From NCBI GenBank assembly GCA_012813795.1, contig GCA_012813795.1_4087.1: 64,000 bases of DNA. One strand, 5' to 3'. The position numbers and the translations under genes were made by a program. This document shows positions 12,864 through 22,852 of this stretch, piece by piece (the stretch's first letter is position 1; each line of letters opens with the position of its first letter). Below the pieces are notes generated by a model that was not told where the DNA came from, did not search any database, and worked only from the letters and a program-made list of their open reading frames with translations. This DNA is from a phage.

Positions 12864-12893
12864 AGATATCTCCTAGTATGGAGATATTTATTA

Positions 12894-13244
12894 TTAACTA
12901 ATTCTGAAGTTTACACCCGCATCTATCAGGCGTTGAAATGGATTTTGAGGATCAAACTCGGATGGGGTTTTAGGAGTGTTCAGTACTGGAGCATCAGCAT
13001 GTAACTTCGACATGCGTTCTTTGTATTTGTCAATATATTCTTCATACAACATGTCTTCTGAATCAGTACTCAATATATCTTCTATAAAATGATCAGTACT
13101 GTAATCCAGACGATCATCATTGTAATACAACGTCTCCGTAGCCTCATCATAACCCACCAACGTTCCATAAGGAACATTGATCTCAATTTTTGAGTACTGA
13201 CTCTTTAAGTACTCTTCTTTTTTAAAAATGTATACAGTTAACAT
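12894..13244 (-). CDS. hypothetical protein
   Basis: ORF within the endonuclease-like island. Confidence 0.4.
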   Translation of the reverse strand: MLTVYIFKKEEYLKSQYSKIEINVPYGTLVGYDEATETLYYNDDRLDYSTDHFIEDILSTDSEDMLYEEYIDKYKERMSKLHADAPVLNTPKTPSEFDPQNPFQRLIDAGVNFRIS

Positions 13245-13268
13245 AGTGAAAGCTTCCCTGCTTAGTGT

Positions 13269-14381
13269 TTATTCAAATGTATTTACAATCTCCAGTACTG
13301 TTTCAAGATACTTAGCATCAAAAGTTTCTGTGAATCCTGATGGCAACTCTTCAGTACTTACTACACCACTATCAATGTATTGTTTCAAAAACTTTTCCAG
13401 TACTAATGGTTTATGTCCATCTTCAAAGTAACGTTCTACCAGTACAGTGTGTTTAAAATCAGAATGACGACTTTGCTCATTTACACGGCGTTTCATATCG
13501 CCAGTGATTCCATACTTGTACACTGTCTTATCTTTATTAGTTAGTTTTTGAACATAGAAATATCCAGGTTTTGATGGCTGATATCCGTATTCACCACAAC
13601 CAGGACATCCCCTACCAGCAATGTGGGATTTTGGTGACTGTTGAAATATGCCATGTGTAGGACACGTTATTTTTACTGGAACAATACTACTTTCATACTC
13701 TACCGTACTGTAATCATACTTGTGACCATGAACTAGTTTTGCTTCAGAAATAAATTGTTCTGTTGTTCTTCCACCTTTACCAGAACATACACCACAACCT
13801 GATTTACCAAGTATCAATGTTTTTGGATCAACTTCCCAATCATGTTTCCCTTCATTACAATGTACTGTTACTTTAGTTGCTCTGTTAACATACTTTGTTT
13901 TTGAGAAACTAAGTTTATCACCATAGTTACGTTTGACAATTTTTATAAATTCGTCATTTGTATGCACAGTATTAATATTACAAACGTTACACCCAGCACC
14001 AGTTAATAACTTGTTCGGTGTTATGTCAAAATACCCACCATGTTCAGTACAGAATATTGAAACTTTAGTTTTTGCATTTACATAATTCAATTTATCAAAT
14101 TTAAATTTGTCAGCACCAAATTTTTTTTCAACTTTAGAAATGAAATCATCATTGTTTGAACGCTGTGACATGTTACTGTAACAATTTGAACATGTACATG
14201 AAATATGACGAATCGCTGATTTTGTATTTTCAATACCACATTTATTACATTTTAATGTAGTTTTACTTGATTTAAAAATCATTGAATCAAAATCAAACTC
14301 ACCATACATTCCGTATTTTTTAATCATATTTTCTTTAAAGTTTTTAATTAACATTTTATTCATCTCGGTGATTGTCTTCAA
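13269..14381 (-). CDS. homing-endonuclease-like protein: four tandem zinc-ribbon modules plus a C-terminal GIY-YIG/T5orf172-like domain
   Basis: repeats ...CxxHGxF...LxGxGCxxC x4; C-terminal GYFYV...YKYGIT...R..E. Confidence 0.6.
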   Translation of the reverse strand: MKTITEMNKMLIKNFKENMIKKYGMYGEFDFDSMIFKSSKTTLKCNKCGIENTKSAIRHISCTCSNCYSNMSQRSNNDDFISKVEKKFGADKFKFDKLNYVNAKTKVSIFCTEHGGYFDITPNKLLTGAGCNVCNINTVHTNDEFIKIVKRNYGDKLSFSKTKYVNRATKVTVHCNEGKHDWEVDPKTLILGKSGCGVCSGKGGRTTEQFISEAKLVHGHKYDYSTVEYESSIVPVKITCPTHGIFQQSPKSHIAGRGCPGCGEYGYQPSKPGYFYVQKLTNKDKTVYKYGITGDMKRRVNEQSRHSDFKHTVLVERYFEDGHKPLVLEKFLKQYIDSGVVSTEELPSGFTETFDAKYLETVLEIVNTFE

Positions 14382-14420
14382 TGTGATAATTATATATAAT
14401 TAAATTTACCATGTCAAGCT

Positions 14421-14454
14421 TTTTTGTAAAAGAAAAGGGACTCCGAAGAGTCCC
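14421..14454 (-). terminator. terminator after the major capsid gene (UUCG tetraloop)
   Basis: GGGACTC-ttcg-GAGTCCC on the minus strand followed by TTTTCTTTT. Confidence 0.7.
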
Positions 14455-14477
14455 TAGTATATTTAAATTCTTTGTTA

Positions 14478-15653
14478 TTACATGAAAGTAACGTTTTTGA
14501 TAGCGATTTTGCTGTAGTAGTCAGCAGCATTACCCAAACTTGAAGTTGAGTCAGTGAGTTGCACGTAGCCATAGCGTGTTAAAAATGTCGTGACCAATTC
14601 TCCAGTGTTAGGGTCCATTACAGTACCAGAAGCCATTAGTGGGATGTATGGGCAATAGAATACACCAGCATCAGTTTCTGCATTACCTTTATAACCAATT
14701 AGAATATCTTCTACATCTGAGGCGTAAGTATCGACAAATATACGCATGGTGCTGTTTAGAGTACCAACGAATTTAACGTTAGTTGGTGCTTCAAAAGTAC
14801 CTTCAGTAGTACGTGCAAAGCTGGAAGTAGTTGCAGACTGTAGAATGGTTAGAGCAGTTGGGGAAACAACAGCCCAGTTCGCAGCACCACGTTTGGTACG
14901 ACGAGCAACTTCGTTCGCTTGACGGTTGATTAGGGTAGCTAGAGCAGCGTGCTCATCACCTACGAAGGTTGCAACGCCAGTAACTTTAGATTGGTCATAA
15001 GTTACAGCAGCAGCACCAGGTAGTGCACGTAGACGGCTTAGTAGCTCTTGGTCGATTTCAACGGTAACTTCTTGAGCGATAGCAGCCATTAGTTCAGCTT
15101 CAACGTCGATACCATGTTGAGATTGTGCATCTTGTGCAGATTCAACAGTCCAACGTGCAGATAGACGACGAGATTTCGCTTCAACAGTTTCACGTAGGAT
15201 ACGGATGTTAACGCGACGACCCATAGTACCTTCTAGTTGGCTAGTAGGAGCAGCTTGTGGGTTACTGTTGTCAGAGTTTAGCTCACCAGTGTAAGATTTA
15301 GCAATCTTGAATGGAGATAGCATTTCTTCGCCAGCTACAACACCTGGTGCGTTGTCAGCGTATTGAACACGTAGAGTGTGGATTTGACCAACTGGGCCAG
15401 TCATTGGTTGAACACCGATGATTTCGTTAGCGATAACGGTTGGCATTACACGACGCATAATTGGTAGAATCACTTTGTTTAGAGTAGCGATGTTACCAGC
15501 AGAAGTTGCACCAGAGGTTGCAGATTCTTGTAGCATAACTTTGCGATGGTTATCAAGTACGGTTTCCATTACAGATTTACGAGTACCTTGAAGACCTTCA
15601 ACTAGTTTCTCTTTAACTGCTACCCATTTGGATTCATTTAGTAGTTGTGACAT
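14478..15653 (-). CDS. 23: major capsid protein (T4 gp23-like)
   Basis: IGVQPM, VEAKSRRL, GYKGNAETDAGVFYCPY align to T4 gp23; strong CTA/CGT/GGT bias. Confidence 0.9.
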   Translation of the reverse strand: MSQLLNESKWVAVKEKLVEGLQGTRKSVMETVLDNHRKVMLQESATSGATSAGNIATLNKVILPIMRRVMPTVIANEIIGVQPMTGPVGQIHTLRVQYADNAPGVVAGEEMLSPFKIAKSYTGELNSDNSNPQAAPTSQLEGTMGRRVNIRILRETVEAKSRRLSARWTVESAQDAQSQHGIDVEAELMAAIAQEVTVEIDQELLSRLRALPGAAAVTYDQSKVTGVATFVGDEHAALATLINRQANEVARRTKRGAANWAVVSPTALTILQSATTSSFARTTEGTFEAPTNVKFVGTLNSTMRIFVDTYASDVEDILIGYKGNAETDAGVFYCPYIPLMASGTVMDPNTGELVTTFLTRYGYVQLTDSTSSLGNAADYYSKIAIKNVTFM

Positions 15654-15682
15654 TATATTATCTCCTTAAAGATGTTATATTC

Positions 15683-15718
15683 GTTTTTCAGTATGTTATT
15701 ATTTATGGTACTGAAAAA
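15683..15718 (-). promoter_or_regulatory. late-promoter-like CATAAATAAT plus flanking inverted repeat upstream of the capsid gene
   Basis: minus strand TTTTTTCAGTACCATAAATAATAACATACTGAAAAA; about 45 nt before the ATG. Confidence 0.4.
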
Positions 15719-15745
15719 ATTGATTATTAAAATGCTTTAAAATGT

Positions 15746-16864
15746 TTATTTTTTATTGATACCAGAAAGAACGTCGAGTTCTTTTAGGAATGCCATATCG
15801 TCAGCGGTCATTTCTTCGCTTTCAACAATAGCCTGACGGTTGCCAGTGATTACTTTACCTTCTGCTAGGGTTGTTTTCTTCGCTGAAGGTTGAACTGCTT
15901 GACGAGTGGTAGCAGATTCATTTACTTTAGTACCGTTAAGTACAGACTTATGGTACTTGCTGAAATCTTCTTTAAGCTTTTCTGTTGGAGAAGCAGCTAG
16001 AAGGGATTCCATAATTTGTTTTTGTTGACTAGTCAAAGGCTTAACCAATTCAGACATAATCGCATTGCGTGCCTGTGTATCTTCCATGATACGTAGTTTT
16101 GATTGAACTTCTTTAACTGCGTTAACAGATTCATTTAGTTCTTGTTTAACTTGAGCAATCTCATCTTCTTTAGATTTGATTGATTCAGTCAAAGAACGAA
16201 GTAGTGAATTCTCATTAAATTGTTTGGTATTAAATTCTTGAGCAAATGCTTCAAAGATTTTACGACCGAACATATTTTGTTTAGCTTCAGCAAGATCTTG
16301 TTTCAAAGCGTAAAGATTTTTCTGAGTGGTTTCTGCAATATATTTAGCAGCACTTTCAGAGGTACGTTTGATAAAGTTATTACGTGCTTCTGCAATTTGA
16401 CGAGAACCTTCAGCAAGTAGTTTTACACGAGCTTCTACTAGTTGACGTTTTTCGCTGTGGAATTCTTTTAGTTCTTCAGCTAGGATACCGTTAGAGAAAT
16501 TAACGAATTTACCGAGGCTTTCTTGAACTAGTTTACGTTCGTTACGCATTTGTTTAACTTCTTCAGCTAGTACTGAATTAGCGAATTCAGAGAAGTTACC
16601 AAGAGTTTTACGGAGGGTAACGCGGTCTTCAACGAGACGTTTTTTCTCGTCATATACTGCACCCATTTCTTCAGCGATAACTTGAGTAACCATAGTGTTA
16701 AGACCTTCTGTTAGTTCAGCTAGGTCTTGTTTATAACGGCCTTTCATTTCTTCACGCATTTCAGCGGCTAGTGTGTTCTTTTCTTCATTCCATGCTTCCT
16801 GAATTAGCTGTTTTGCTTCATCAGAAAGAGATGATTCTTTTAGAAGCTTTTCTAATTTAGACAT
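15746..16864 (-). CDS. 22: prohead core scaffold protein (gp22-like)
   Basis: charged coiled-coil-like protein between protease and capsid genes; TATAAATA upstream. Confidence 0.65.
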   Translation of the reverse strand: MSKLEKLLKESSLSDEAKQLIQEAWNEEKNTLAAEMREEMKGRYKQDLAELTEGLNTMVTQVIAEEMGAVYDEKKRLVEDRVTLRKTLGNFSEFANSVLAEEVKQMRNERKLVQESLGKFVNFSNGILAEELKEFHSEKRQLVEARVKLLAEGSRQIAEARNNFIKRTSESAAKYIAETTQKNLYALKQDLAEAKQNMFGRKIFEAFAQEFNTKQFNENSLLRSLTESIKSKEDEIAQVKQELNESVNAVKEVQSKLRIMEDTQARNAIMSELVKPLTSQQKQIMESLLAASPTEKLKEDFSKYHKSVLNGTKVNESATTRQAVQPSAKKTTLAEGKVITGNRQAIVESEEMTADDMAFLKELDVLSGINKK

Positions 16865-16913
16865 TCTGTTCTCTCCTTTAAGTACTGAAATATCTGTACT
16901 TCAAATATACAAA

Positions 16914-16921
16914 TATTTATA
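16914..16921 (-). promoter_or_regulatory. T4-type late promoter TATAAATA upstream of the scaffold gene
   Basis: exact TATAAATA on the minus strand about 50 nt upstream of the start at 16864. Confidence 0.45.
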
Positions 16922-16932
16922 ATTTTAAAATG

Positions 16933-17553
16933 TTAACCTTTTAATTTCTTGAAAAAATCATAAATTTCAGAATCTAGTTTATTTACTGATTTAGATTCTG
17001 CGATTTTTTTAGGTCCATTGCAAGGTGAGCCGTACTTACTCATCAAAGACTCAAATACCGCTGTTGGGTACGCTTCGGGAGCACTAGGTTGAGCAACAAT
17101 ATCAATTGTGATAATTTCGAAATCAGAAACTATTCCATTATAATCAACGTTACCGGAACCACGAGAACTTACACCAAGTTTTACACCTGCTTCGAGCATT
17201 TTACGAATATTTTGACCATGTGCAGTATCAAGTAATTTGATTTCTGCCATCCCATTAGAACCTTCCATCCAGACTTTAGTAATCATTGCTGCTACACGGT
17301 CAAGGTTAATAGTCAAAGTTTCAGGGTGGTCACATTCTACTAGAATGCTTTCGCCTTTAGCCAAACGTTGAGCCATATTATTAACAGCTTTAGCAATTTC
17401 GGCTAAAGGGTAAATTCTTTCGTTCAAATTACGCTGGTCAGCTTGAATTGCGATACCACGAAGATAGCAATCGCGACCTCCCAGCCCATTTTCACGATGT
17501 TCCATAACAATTTGTGAATCATTGAATGAAGACCATTCACGAATCATACTCAT
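16933..17553 (-). CDS. 21: prohead core protease (gp21-like)
   Basis: size and position; VECDHPE motif; synteny portal-core-protease-scaffold-capsid. Confidence 0.7.
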   Translation of the reverse strand: MSMIREWSSFNDSQIVMEHRENGLGGRDCYLRGIAIQADQRNLNERIYPLAEIAKAVNNMAQRLAKGESILVECDHPETLTINLDRVAAMITKVWMEGSNGMAEIKLLDTAHGQNIRKMLEAGVKLGVSSRGSGNVDYNGIVSDFEIITIDIVAQPSAPEAYPTAVFESLMSKYGSPCNGPKKIAESKSVNKLDSEIYDFFKKLKG

Positions 17554-17583
17554 AATGATCTCCTTTCTTTGTTTTATTTATTA

Positions 17584-18426
17584 TTAGAATTTTGGTTGTG
17601 ATTTTGGTAGTGGGGAACGAGACTTAGAAGAACCAGTGGTTACTTTCTTAACGTCTTTCATTACGCCTTTGCCGCTATCCATAACATTATTCATGTCGTC
17701 TGGTACAGTGTGAGATTCAGTGTCTACGCCATCAAATTTGTCATCAACTACTGGAGTTGAGCTTTTAGCGATTTTTACTGGAGCTACGCCTTGTACTGGA
17801 GATTTAGCTTGGGAAGCGACTGGGGATTTAGTATTTGCACCAGCTTTTTCTTTCTTATCAACATCAGCAACTGCTTTTAGTTTGAAAGACTCACCAACTT
17901 TTTCATCACCGAATTGAACATCAGCAAAATCATCACCGCCGTCTTCGGAACCAACTTCTAGATCAACTTCTTCTTCGCCACCTACTGGTTCTTCAGCGTC
18001 TAGGTCAACTTCACCTTCGCCGGAGATTTCATCAAACATTTGTTGTAGGCCACGGAAAGCATCTTGAATGGAAGCCCATTGGTCTTCGGAAGGGACTTCT
18101 TCACCTTCTGCACCAACTTCACCTTCAGAATCTTCTTCACCAGCTTGGAATTCGATATCATCTTCAGCACTCTTGTCTTCTTCACCAAGAGAATATTCGA
18201 TTTGACTATTAAGACCAGCATCTGGGGAAACGTCGAAGTCTTCTTCTAGTTTCTCTTCTTTGTCGTCTTCATCGCAGCATTCTTCGTCGTCCATGCTTTC
18301 TTCTAGTTCTTTGTTAATTTCTTGTGCTTGTTCAACAAAGTACTTACGCATTTTTTTATCAGCTACATCTTGCTCGCCGTTAGCAAAAGCTTCGATTGCT
18401 TCTTGTAGTAGTTTTAAATTAGCCAT
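17584..18426 (-). CDS. acidic prohead core / internal head protein
   Basis: Asp/Glu-rich; ATG at 18426 with GGAGGA RBS; late-promoter-like motif upstream. Confidence 0.55.
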   Translation of the reverse strand: MANLKLLQEAIEAFANGEQDVADKKMRKYFVEQAQEINKELEESMDDEECCDEDDKEEKLEEDFDVSPDAGLNSQIEYSLGEEDKSAEDDIEFQAGEEDSEGEVGAEGEEVPSEDQWASIQDAFRGLQQMFDEISGEGEVDLDAEEPVGGEEEVDLEVGSEDGGDDFADVQFGDEKVGESFKLKAVADVDKKEKAGANTKSPVASQAKSPVQGVAPVKIAKSSTPVVDDKFDGVDTESHTVPDDMNNVMDSGKGVMKDVKKVTTGSSKSRSPLPKSQPKF

Positions 18427-18460
18427 TATATCCTCCAAAGATATATTTAATTCCTATAAA

Positions 18461-18490
18461 GTATGATATTATTTAGTACTGAAAAAATTC
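18461..18490 (-). promoter_or_regulatory. late-promoter-like CTAAATAAT with conserved flank upstream of the core protein gene
   Basis: minus strand TTTTTTCAGTACTAAATAATATCATACTT, near-identical to the element upstream of the capsid gene. Confidence 0.4.
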
Positions 18491-18530
18491 GTCATTTTTA
18501 AAAGCTTAAAAAATAGCGATTTTTAAGGTA

Positions 18531-18818
18531 TTACATCATTCCGGCATTCGCATCGGGTGCTGGTGCTGGAGCATAAACAACAGCGACTACATTATTTCTA
18601 CGCTGTTCTTCATTTGCTTTAAATTCTCTGTACTTACGCAAATTGTTAAGTACTTGCAATGTGAGTTTGGGTTTTCTGGAATCCGTAATTTTATATACGG
18701 TCTGATCATCTTCAGGGTCGTACATAGAATCAGAATTCGATTCAAAGATATCCTTTAACATGCTATCTCCTTGCATTAATATGAAGGGAATTTTTACGTT
18801 CCCTTCATTTATATACAT
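18531..18818 (-). CDS. small head-associated protein (gp67/68 position)
   Basis: position between portal and core genes only. Confidence 0.4.
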   Translation of the reverse strand: MYINEGNVKIPFILMQGDSMLKDIFESNSDSMYDPEDDQTVYKITDSRKPKLTLQVLNNLRKYREFKANEEQRRNNVVAVVYAPAPAPDANAGMM

Positions 18819-18830
18819 TGTTATTTATTA

Positions 18831-20558
18831 TTAAAAAGATTCACCTAAATTATTAGGGTCAAAAGAGCCATTTCCTTGCTGATTTTGGTATTCAGCGTCC
18901 GCACTTTCAAGATTACCTTCTGCATCCAATCCTAGGTCCATACCAGGGTCATTAGGGGAGTCGATACCAACTGACTGTAATCCAGCAACATCTTCTTGAT
19001 GTGGTGCATTAGAATCTTGTGGATTCTCTTGTAGCCATAGCTGTTCGTTTTTAACAATATCTTTCTGGGAGAAGCCCATTTTTTCAAGGATAGTTTGTTT
19101 AGCCATATATGGTAATTCATTAAGTGGCATATAAGTATTAATGAGTTTCGCATCCAATTCTGCCTTACGATACGAAGCTAAGTTAATTGGTGGATTCATA
19201 ATAACTTCAAAAGAAGAAGTACTAATGTTATATCCGCTTTTTACCATGAAACGCTTAAATTCAGCATCGAAAATTTTTGCTACTAGACGCTGATAACGCA
19301 TACATTGGTTATTAAAACGTAATTCACTTGCCATTGCTTGAGTTGCACCATCACCGAATAGTGATACACCACCGTCATCTGGGCCTTGTGGAAGGTAAGA
19401 TGCAGGTATTTGCAATCCGCGAATTAGTTTATTGTTGAAATATCTCAAGTCATCAATCTGACCCAAGTTATCGCCGCCAGGTAGTGTTTGAACATCTGAA
19501 CCACGACCTTCTGAAGTTTGTGGGAAGAAGTAGTCTTCCAGAATACTTAGTGGGTTATATGCTGCATCCATCAATGAAGTACTACCACCTTTATTAGAAG
19601 GTATACGTCTTTGGTGGATTTCATTTTTAAAGCGTTCAACATAGGCCATTGCTTGGTGAGTTTGCATATCCCCAACATCAATTTTGAATACACGGCGTTC
19701 TGGAGCACGTTGTACACGATAGATAATAATACTATCTTCAAGAAGTTCTTTTTGTTTGTAGACTTTAAAGACATCTTCTAGTATACTTGTACCGAAAGGC
19801 CAAACTCCATCTTGTCCTGTATTTAGTGACAGATGAATTACGTGTTCTGCACCGACTGGTAGGATATCCATACGACCACTGGTATTAAATGGATCGGAAC
19901 TATTACCTTGGTTGGTAAAGCCGGATGCACCACCTGCTGCAACTTGACCACCACCACCTAATGTATTAGGTACTGCACCTGGGTATGAAGCTTTATCGAA
20001 ACCAATTTGAAGGTTACTAAAAACTTTATCTTTAAGGTTAAGAGATACATCTCTTATGTAGTATATTACTGGAGTTTTTCCGGTTGCTTCGTTAACAAAA
20101 ACCTGTTCGACATTTTTTGGGTTCACCCAATACCAGTCGAATGTTTCGGGATCACGAATAAAGAACTGGTCACCGTACTTAAGTAGTCCGCGAACAATTT
20201 CATACATTCTTGTTTTGAAATCATTCTGTTCGGTCCATGCATCTAAGCGATCTTCAATAGTGGTTACTTCCGTATCACCAATATTATCTTTATATTTAAT
20301 TTTATATGGTAGACCAAAATCTTCAGTACTCTGTGTACAAAAGTCAGCAATAATGTTTAGTGCCGTTCTGATTTCTGGGTCTTGATCCATCTGGTCGTAT
20401 TGACTGTAACGGTCAGTACGGTTTGCTAATCCATTATAAACCACCGGAAGGTAGGAAGCAAAATTAGTTTTGCTCCCAGTGGATTTATTACTATTGGATT
20501 GCTGGGGTACGATCGATAATTTTGATCTTCCCATAGTCATGTGACGTTTCCAACTCAT
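18831..20558 (-). CDS. 20: portal protein (T4 gp20-like)
   Basis: IIYRVQRAPERRVFKIDVGDM aligns to T4 gp20 ([21 protein letters not shown]). Confidence 0.85.
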   Translation of the reverse strand: MSWKRHMTMGRSKLSIVPQQSNSNKSTGSKTNFASYLPVVYNGLANRTDRYSQYDQMDQDPEIRTALNIIADFCTQSTEDFGLPYKIKYKDNIGDTEVTTIEDRLDAWTEQNDFKTRMYEIVRGLLKYGDQFFIRDPETFDWYWVNPKNVEQVFVNEATGKTPVIYYIRDVSLNLKDKVFSNLQIGFDKASYPGAVPNTLGGGGQVAAGGASGFTNQGNSSDPFNTSGRMDILPVGAEHVIHLSLNTGQDGVWPFGTSILEDVFKVYKQKELLEDSIIIYRVQRAPERRVFKIDVGDMQTHQAMAYVERFKNEIHQRRIPSNKGGSTSLMDAAYNPLSILEDYFFPQTSEGRGSDVQTLPGGDNLGQIDDLRYFNNKLIRGLQIPASYLPQGPDDGGVSLFGDGATQAMASELRFNNQCMRYQRLVAKIFDAEFKRFMVKSGYNISTSSFEVIMNPPINLASYRKAELDAKLINTYMPLNELPYMAKQTILEKMGFSQKDIVKNEQLWLQENPQDSNAPHQEDVAGLQSVGIDSPNDPGMDLGLDAEGNLESADAEYQNQQGNGSFDPNNLGESF

Positions 20559-20573
20559 TATATTATTAATCCT

Positions 20574-22745
20574 TTAACTATTGCGTTCACCTTGTGTATT
20601 TTCAGAAATTGTTCTTAAGTAATTATTTGTCTGATTTGTTGCTGCGAGTGATTGTTCACTCATTTCTGCTAGACGTTTAAAAATTTCTTTGATCTCTTCT
20701 GAACTCATGTCATTATTTATAGTTCCGTTTTGAGGCGTTACCAGAGATTTTATATCACGATCTGGTTCTGGTGGGAATGGTGCTTCACCAGGTTTCCATG
20801 CGGATTTATCATAATGTTTACGAGTTAATTCCATCATAGGTGGTGTATTTGGCATTACTGTAGTCTGGGCGTTTTTAGGTGGTTCATAGCCCAAGACTCG
20901 ATATGCATTATCTACGTTAAATGGTCTAGGTGGTGTATATAATTTAGAAGATTTCCATTTTTGGAAGTCAAGTGTTTTTTCTTCTACAAATTTTGTGAAA
21001 TCGTCTACTGAATTACCAATAGAATCCCAGAAAGATGTAGCTTTCTCTTCTATTTTCTTTTTAGGTTCTTCTTGTTTTTCAGATTTATCATCTGAACCAA
21101 ACCATCCTTTTACTTTATCCCATAACTTTCCAGGTAAATCCATGAGATTCTTCATGAAGTCATCGAATGCTTTTGAAACTTGAGTATATGTGTCCCCAAA
21201 TATGTCAGAACCCAATCCCTCAAGCCATAATACAAATTCTTCACCAATACGGTCAACATAAGAAACCGCATCCTTGAATATTGGAACTAACCCAAATCCA
21301 TCTTTAGCCAATTCCCAAATAAATCCCCATGCACTATCGGTACGATCTGCAATTGCTGTCAAATAATCAACAACATTATTTTGAACATCAGCATACATTT
21401 TATTGAATGGAGCAACAAATTCAGTACTGACCCATCTGTTCAATCTATCAGTAAATTCTGCGATTTTATCTGCTGGTCGATTTTTGTCAGCATTAATTGC
21501 AGCTTCCATATCTAACATTTGCTTAGCAAATGCGGCAGCGGTGAAGTTTTGACTTCGTTGCATATCTTCCATATCTTTTTCAACGCGTTTTCTGTTTTTC
21601 TTCACCCACTGATATTGTGCTTCACGTATAGCTTTTGCATCGGTTACACCAGACTTAACCATGTTCTCACCAAGGTCAGCGAATTCGCTAATCATTGGAG
21701 ATAATAAATCATCAGGAACACCACCAATTGATATTCTGTGGCTAATCAATCTTAGGAAATCAGTACCCATATCCCCCATACCACCTGCCGCTTCGGTAAG
21801 TGCTTTAGTGGTTAATGTTGCGGTTTCTTCTGATAGTCCCACCCAGTTGTTTAGTGTAGTTTTTAGTATTCTTGCATCAAATGATTTATCAAGTGATTGT
21901 GTCTTTTTAAGTAATTCATCAATTGACATACCCATTGTCTTACTAAAAGTAGACATAGTTTTAATTAACTCTTGGGTACTTTGTGCTTGGTTTATATTCC
22001 TTACTAGTTCTGCACCACCAAATTGTTTTTGAATTTTGATGTTACGTGCTGCTAAATCTGATAAAGTTTTTTGTGACATACCATATAGGCCAAGTTTATC
22101 TTGGGCATTTTGAACTACACCTAACAATTTACCAAATTCCTTAACGCCATCTCCATACGAACCATCCAATTGTGCAATAACATCACTATGAGTTGATATT
22201 ACTTCACTGAATAGATCCATAGACATTAACGCTGAACCTGAACCTTTTAGCAAAGAGCCATAACCTTCAGCAAGAGAAACACCCGCACTGTTGACTCTGT
22301 TGTACATTTCAAGCTGGGCGTTCATTACGTTATATACTGCCATCCCTACATCAGCAACCATTTTAAATGCTGATGCTGCCATTCCTACAGGACCAGGGAT
22401 CATAGAAAGAGAGCCAGCTACGGATGATGCACTCATACCCATTGAGTTAATGACAGTACTGACATTCGCTGAAGTACTCATCATTGTTTTACCAACGTTT
22501 GTCATTTCACTGGACATTACTCTGAACATTTTACCCATAGAGGATGAATTACCACGAGAACCGCGTCCACCACCACTTGGTCCAGATGAATCGCCAGGTG
22601 ATGGGTTACCACCACCATTATTTTTCTTTTTATCATTCTTTAAACTTTCTGCTAACAATTCACGTATAGCTGAAAGACCATCTACGGTATCATTAGATTT
22701 ATTCACTATCTGTTGTAGTAAGTAATCACTGTTGTTTACAGCCAT
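20574..22745 (-). CDS. tape-measure-like / internal virion protein
   Basis: Gly/Ser-rich N-terminus followed by a Met/Ala/Ser-rich hydrophobic region; 723 aa; AGGA RBS. Confidence 0.45.
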   Translation of the reverse strand: MAVNNSDYLLQQIVNKSNDTVDGLSAIRELLAESLKNDKKKNNGGGNPSPGDSSGPSGGGRGSRGNSSSMGKMFRVMSSEMTNVGKTMMSTSANVSTVINSMGMSASSVAGSLSMIPGPVGMAASAFKMVADVGMAVYNVMNAQLEMYNRVNSAGVSLAEGYGSLLKGSGSALMSMDLFSEVISTHSDVIAQLDGSYGDGVKEFGKLLGVVQNAQDKLGLYGMSQKTLSDLAARNIKIQKQFGGAELVRNINQAQSTQELIKTMSTFSKTMGMSIDELLKKTQSLDKSFDARILKTTLNNWVGLSEETATLTTKALTEAAGGMGDMGTDFLRLISHRISIGGVPDDLLSPMISEFADLGENMVKSGVTDAKAIREAQYQWVKKNRKRVEKDMEDMQRSQNFTAAAFAKQMLDMEAAINADKNRPADKIAEFTDRLNRWVSTEFVAPFNKMYADVQNNVVDYLTAIADRTDSAWGFIWELAKDGFGLVPIFKDAVSYVDRIGEEFVLWLEGLGSDIFGDTYTQVSKAFDDFMKNLMDLPGKLWDKVKGWFGSDDKSEKQEEPKKKIEEKATSFWDSIGNSVDDFTKFVEEKTLDFQKWKSSKLYTPPRPFNVDNAYRVLGYEPPKNAQTTVMPNTPPMMELTRKHYDKSAWKPGEAPFPPEPDRDIKSLVTPQNGTINNDMSSEEIKEIFKRLAEMSEQSLAATNQTNNYLRTISENTQGERNS

Positions 22746-22776
22746 ATAATAATTCCTACATTAAGTTTATATAGGA

Positions 22777-22785
22777 ATATTTATG
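22777..22785 (-). promoter_or_regulatory. late-promoter-like CATAAATAT upstream of the tape-measure-like gene
   Basis: about 32 nt upstream of the start at 22745, inside a 7-bp inverted repeat ATTCCTA/TAGGAAT. Confidence 0.3.
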
Positions 22786-22795
22786 AAATGCAATG

Positions 22796-22845
22796 CATAA
22801 AAAAAGCCCACATGGATATTAACCATATGGGCTTTGATTTTATTT
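22796..22845 (-). terminator. terminator-like hairpin upstream of the tape-measure-like gene
   Basis: 10-bp imperfect stem (GCCCACATGG / CCATATGGGC) with flanking A- and T-runs. Confidence 0.5.
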
Positions 22846-22852
22846 AATTATT

